Positions 7,133-8,454 of a stretch of 8,454 nucleotides of DNA are shown here, in pieces. The notes beneath the pieces were generated by a model, which saw only the letters and a program-made list of their open reading frames with translations, did no database searches and had not been told where the DNA came from. Numbering within the stretch: the first letter of the stretch is position 1; every line of letters starts with the position of its first letter. Position numbers and translations under genes: made by a program. The DNA lies in the sequence record NC_001954.1. The stretch is one strand, 5' to 3'. This DNA comes from Escherichia phage If1.

Positions 7133-7140
7133 GTCAATCC

Positions 7141-7315
7141 ACACCTCAGTAGTTTTCTGCTGGCATAAAGCTAAACACTTATGCTCTCCAGTCGTATTCT
7201 GCCGTCATTATAGTTAAACACTTATGCGCTCATATCATTATGCTTGTATACATGCGTAATGCGTGATAGATTTTTGTCATTTCGTAACTGCATACATGTA
7301 TAGGGTGAGTGTTCA
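7141..7315 (+). promoter_or_regulatory. Gene II-proximal intergenic region: candidate plus-strand origin, gene II promoter and operator
   Basis: AT-rich. 13-bp direct repeat TAAACACTTATGC at 7172-7184 and 7215-7227. Palindromes TGTATACA (7245-7252) and ATACATGTAT (7292-7301). Possible -35 TTGTCA (7274-7279). SD-like GGGTGAG before the ATG at 7316. Same position as the plus-strand origin and gene II promoter in Ff phages. Confidence 0.45.
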
Positions 7316-7537
7316 ATGTTTTTTGACTGGCTGACTATTGAACAGGATTTTGGCTTTCAGCTACCGATTTTGAGTGATGTTGCCTATCAGCGCATCCACC
7401 TCGAAAGCGGGGAAGCGTCAGCTCTGAGTCAGCCAACTTTTCAGCACAAAGGATCTTTTTGTGATGGTTGTTTCGATCTCTATCCGAGGCTCATTGCTGA
7501 AAGTCTCTGGAAATCCTTCCCGGTGGGGGCGTCTTGA
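7316..7537 (+). CDS. II: Gene II replication initiator, N-terminal segment (frame 2), ahead of an apparent frameshift
   Basis: MFFDWLTIEQDFGFQLPILSDVAYQRIHLESGEASALSQPTFQHKGSF... Start and N-terminal pattern resemble M13 pII (MIDMLVLRLPF...). The genuine part probably ends at F48 (7457-7459); the track ORF continues out of frame to 7537. Confidence 0.7.
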   Translation: MFFDWLTIEQDFGFQLPILSDVAYQRIHLESGEASALSQPTFQHKGSFCDGCFDLYPRLIAESLWKSFPVGAS

Positions 7538-8432
7538 TAATTTATTTGGCCTTCCAACTTTGGATTCCTGTGTATCGGTTTTCAATACGATCCTTGCTGA
7601 AATAGGTTTACCTCAGTTTACGAAATGTAAGAGGCTTATGCCCGGCCAGGCAAAAGAGAATGAGAAAGCACCTCTTGTTGCTGACGGTGCAATTATTAAA
7701 GAAGTACATATCACCTCGAACAGGGCGGCAGGTAAGGGGAATGAAGATGACTATATTTCAGGTTTATCTACGCAACCCTACAGGAACAGCGTTCCACGGC
7801 TACACTCCAATGGAAAATCCGTTGACTGGCTGTCTAAAAAAGGCAATGTAAACCTCATATATCCAACGGTTTACAATAAAGCTCATGAAATGGAACTCCA
7901 TTCTTTGACAAAGATAAAGAATCGTTTTTCCGAACAATCTCGGGAATACAATTACCTACTCGATATTATATCTTTCTGCAAAGAGAATGGGGTCGTAAGG
8001 TTTGAGCAAAAGCTGAAATCCAGATTTTTGCAAAAGAATGCGCTCAATTACTGGGGGCTTTCTGATTATTCCATTTTAAATAAGTTACATTCTGATTTTC
8101 TTGAACTTGATAAAAAGTTATCGGTGAATGCTATGGACTTTGAAACTATCAGTGATCATCTTGTAAGTAGTGGGGTTGTTGAAACCACCCGTGCAGCAAA
8201 TACTACCGCAATGTATGCAATACAGTGGTTTCACGGTCATGTATTTGACTTCAACAAAAAACAGGTTCAGACACATCGGGCGCGGTTACGAAAAATTGGT
8301 ATCGACATTGCGCAGAAATGCAATGTTTCTAAATTCTCTCCTGTGATTGTGAAACAAACACGGGAAATTAAGGTGCAGGAGTGCGTTGCACCATCATGGT
8401 ATGTACGTCCGTCACATTTACGCGTTGCATAG
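7461..8432 (+). CDS. II: Gene II replication initiator (rolling-circle nickase), main body (frame 0)
   Basis: 323 aa. SISIRGSLLKVSGNPSRWG aligns with M13 pII CVEIKASPAKVLQGHNVFG, and RFEQKLKSRFLQKNAL with M13 RFEARIKTRYLKSF. Stop TAG at 8430-8432. Frame opens after TGA at 7425-7427. Confidence 0.9.
   Translation: MMVVSISIRGSLLKVSGNPSRWGRLDNLFGLPTLDSCVSVFNTILAEIGLPQFTKCKRLMPGQAKENEKAPLVADGAIIKEVHITSNRAAGKGNEDDYISGLSTQPYRNSVPRLHSNGKSVDWLSKKGNVNLIYPTVYNKAHEMELHSLTKIKNRFSEQSREYNYLLDIISFCKENGVVRFEQKLKSRFLQKNALNYWGLSDYSILNKLHSDFLELDKKLSVNAMDFETISDHLVSSGVVETTRAANTTAMYAIQWFHGHVFDFNKKQVQTHRARLRKIGIDIAQKCNVSKFSPVIVKQTREIKVQECVAPSWYVRPSHLRVA
8133..8432 (+). CDS. X: Gene X product (in-frame internal start within gene II)
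   Basis: In-frame ATG at 8133 (MDFETISDHL...) preceded by GGTGA at 8123-8127. 99 aa. Same relative position and size as M13 pX (111 aa). Confidence 0.5.
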   Translation: MDFETISDHLVSSGVVETTRAANTTAMYAIQWFHGHVFDFNKKQVQTHRARLRKIGIDIAQKCNVSKFSPVIVKQTREIKVQECVAPSWYVRPSHLRVA

Positions 8433-8454
8433 TTGATTAATAAAAGGTGTTTAT

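Larger units (their letters stand above)
5325..7140 (+). mobile_element. IS200/IS605-family insertion sequence (IS605-type divergent tnpA-tnpB), boundaries approximate
   Basis: Contains a Y1 transposase gene (5388-5768, minus) and a tnpB gene (5853-7086, plus) in divergent arrangement. Subterminal hairpins and G-rich motifs at both ends (5330-5379 and 7092-7132). No terminal inverted repeats, as expected for this family. The exact ends cannot be fixed without a comparator sequence. Confidence 0.7.

Noticed and set aside
7200-7260. Possible XerCD dif-like site suggesting chromosomal integration
   Set aside because: Only a partial resemblance (TTATGCGC, TGTATACA) to the E. coli dif arms and central region as recalled; no convincing 28-bp dif-like site. 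The circular layout also argues for an episomal phage.
7660-7851. Track ORF 7660..7851(+) inside gene II
   Set aside because: Alternative frame within gene II with no support.
1-8454. tRNA, rRNA, CRISPR arrays, integrase or toxin genes
   Set aside because: Looked for cloverleaf-like structure, regularly spaced direct repeats with spacers, and tyrosine or serine recombinase motifs. None found. The only recombinase-like gene is the HuH transposase tnpA.

Overview
The window reads as a complete, circularly permuted genome of an Ff-like filamentous phage (Inovirus; M13/IKe/If1-type architecture), all on the + strand: V (1-291), VII, IX, VIII, III, VI, I (with internal XI), IV, then a split intergenic region, then II (with internal X) ending 22 nt before the window end. 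The ribosome-binding site of gene V sits at the extreme 3' end of the window, which implies a circular molecule opened at the gene V start codon. From memory only (no search possible), the length and gene content fit the I-pilus-specific coliphage If1 lineage. The unusual content lies in the intergenic region between gene IV and gene II, which in Ff phages holds only the packaging signal and replication origins. Here it carries (i) a small minus-strand ORF with a ribbon-helix-helix-like pattern and (ii) an IS200/IS605-family element with divergent tnpA (Y1 HuH transposase, minus strand) and tnpB (RuvC-like, zinc-finger, OMEGA-type RNA-guided nuclease, plus strand). tnpB shows a frameshift near its N-terminus, TnpA has a non-canonical D-V-H where H-u-H is expected, and gene II shows an apparent +1 frameshift at a T5 run. 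Each may be a real lesion or a sequencing error. No tRNA, rRNA, CRISPR array or integrase was seen.
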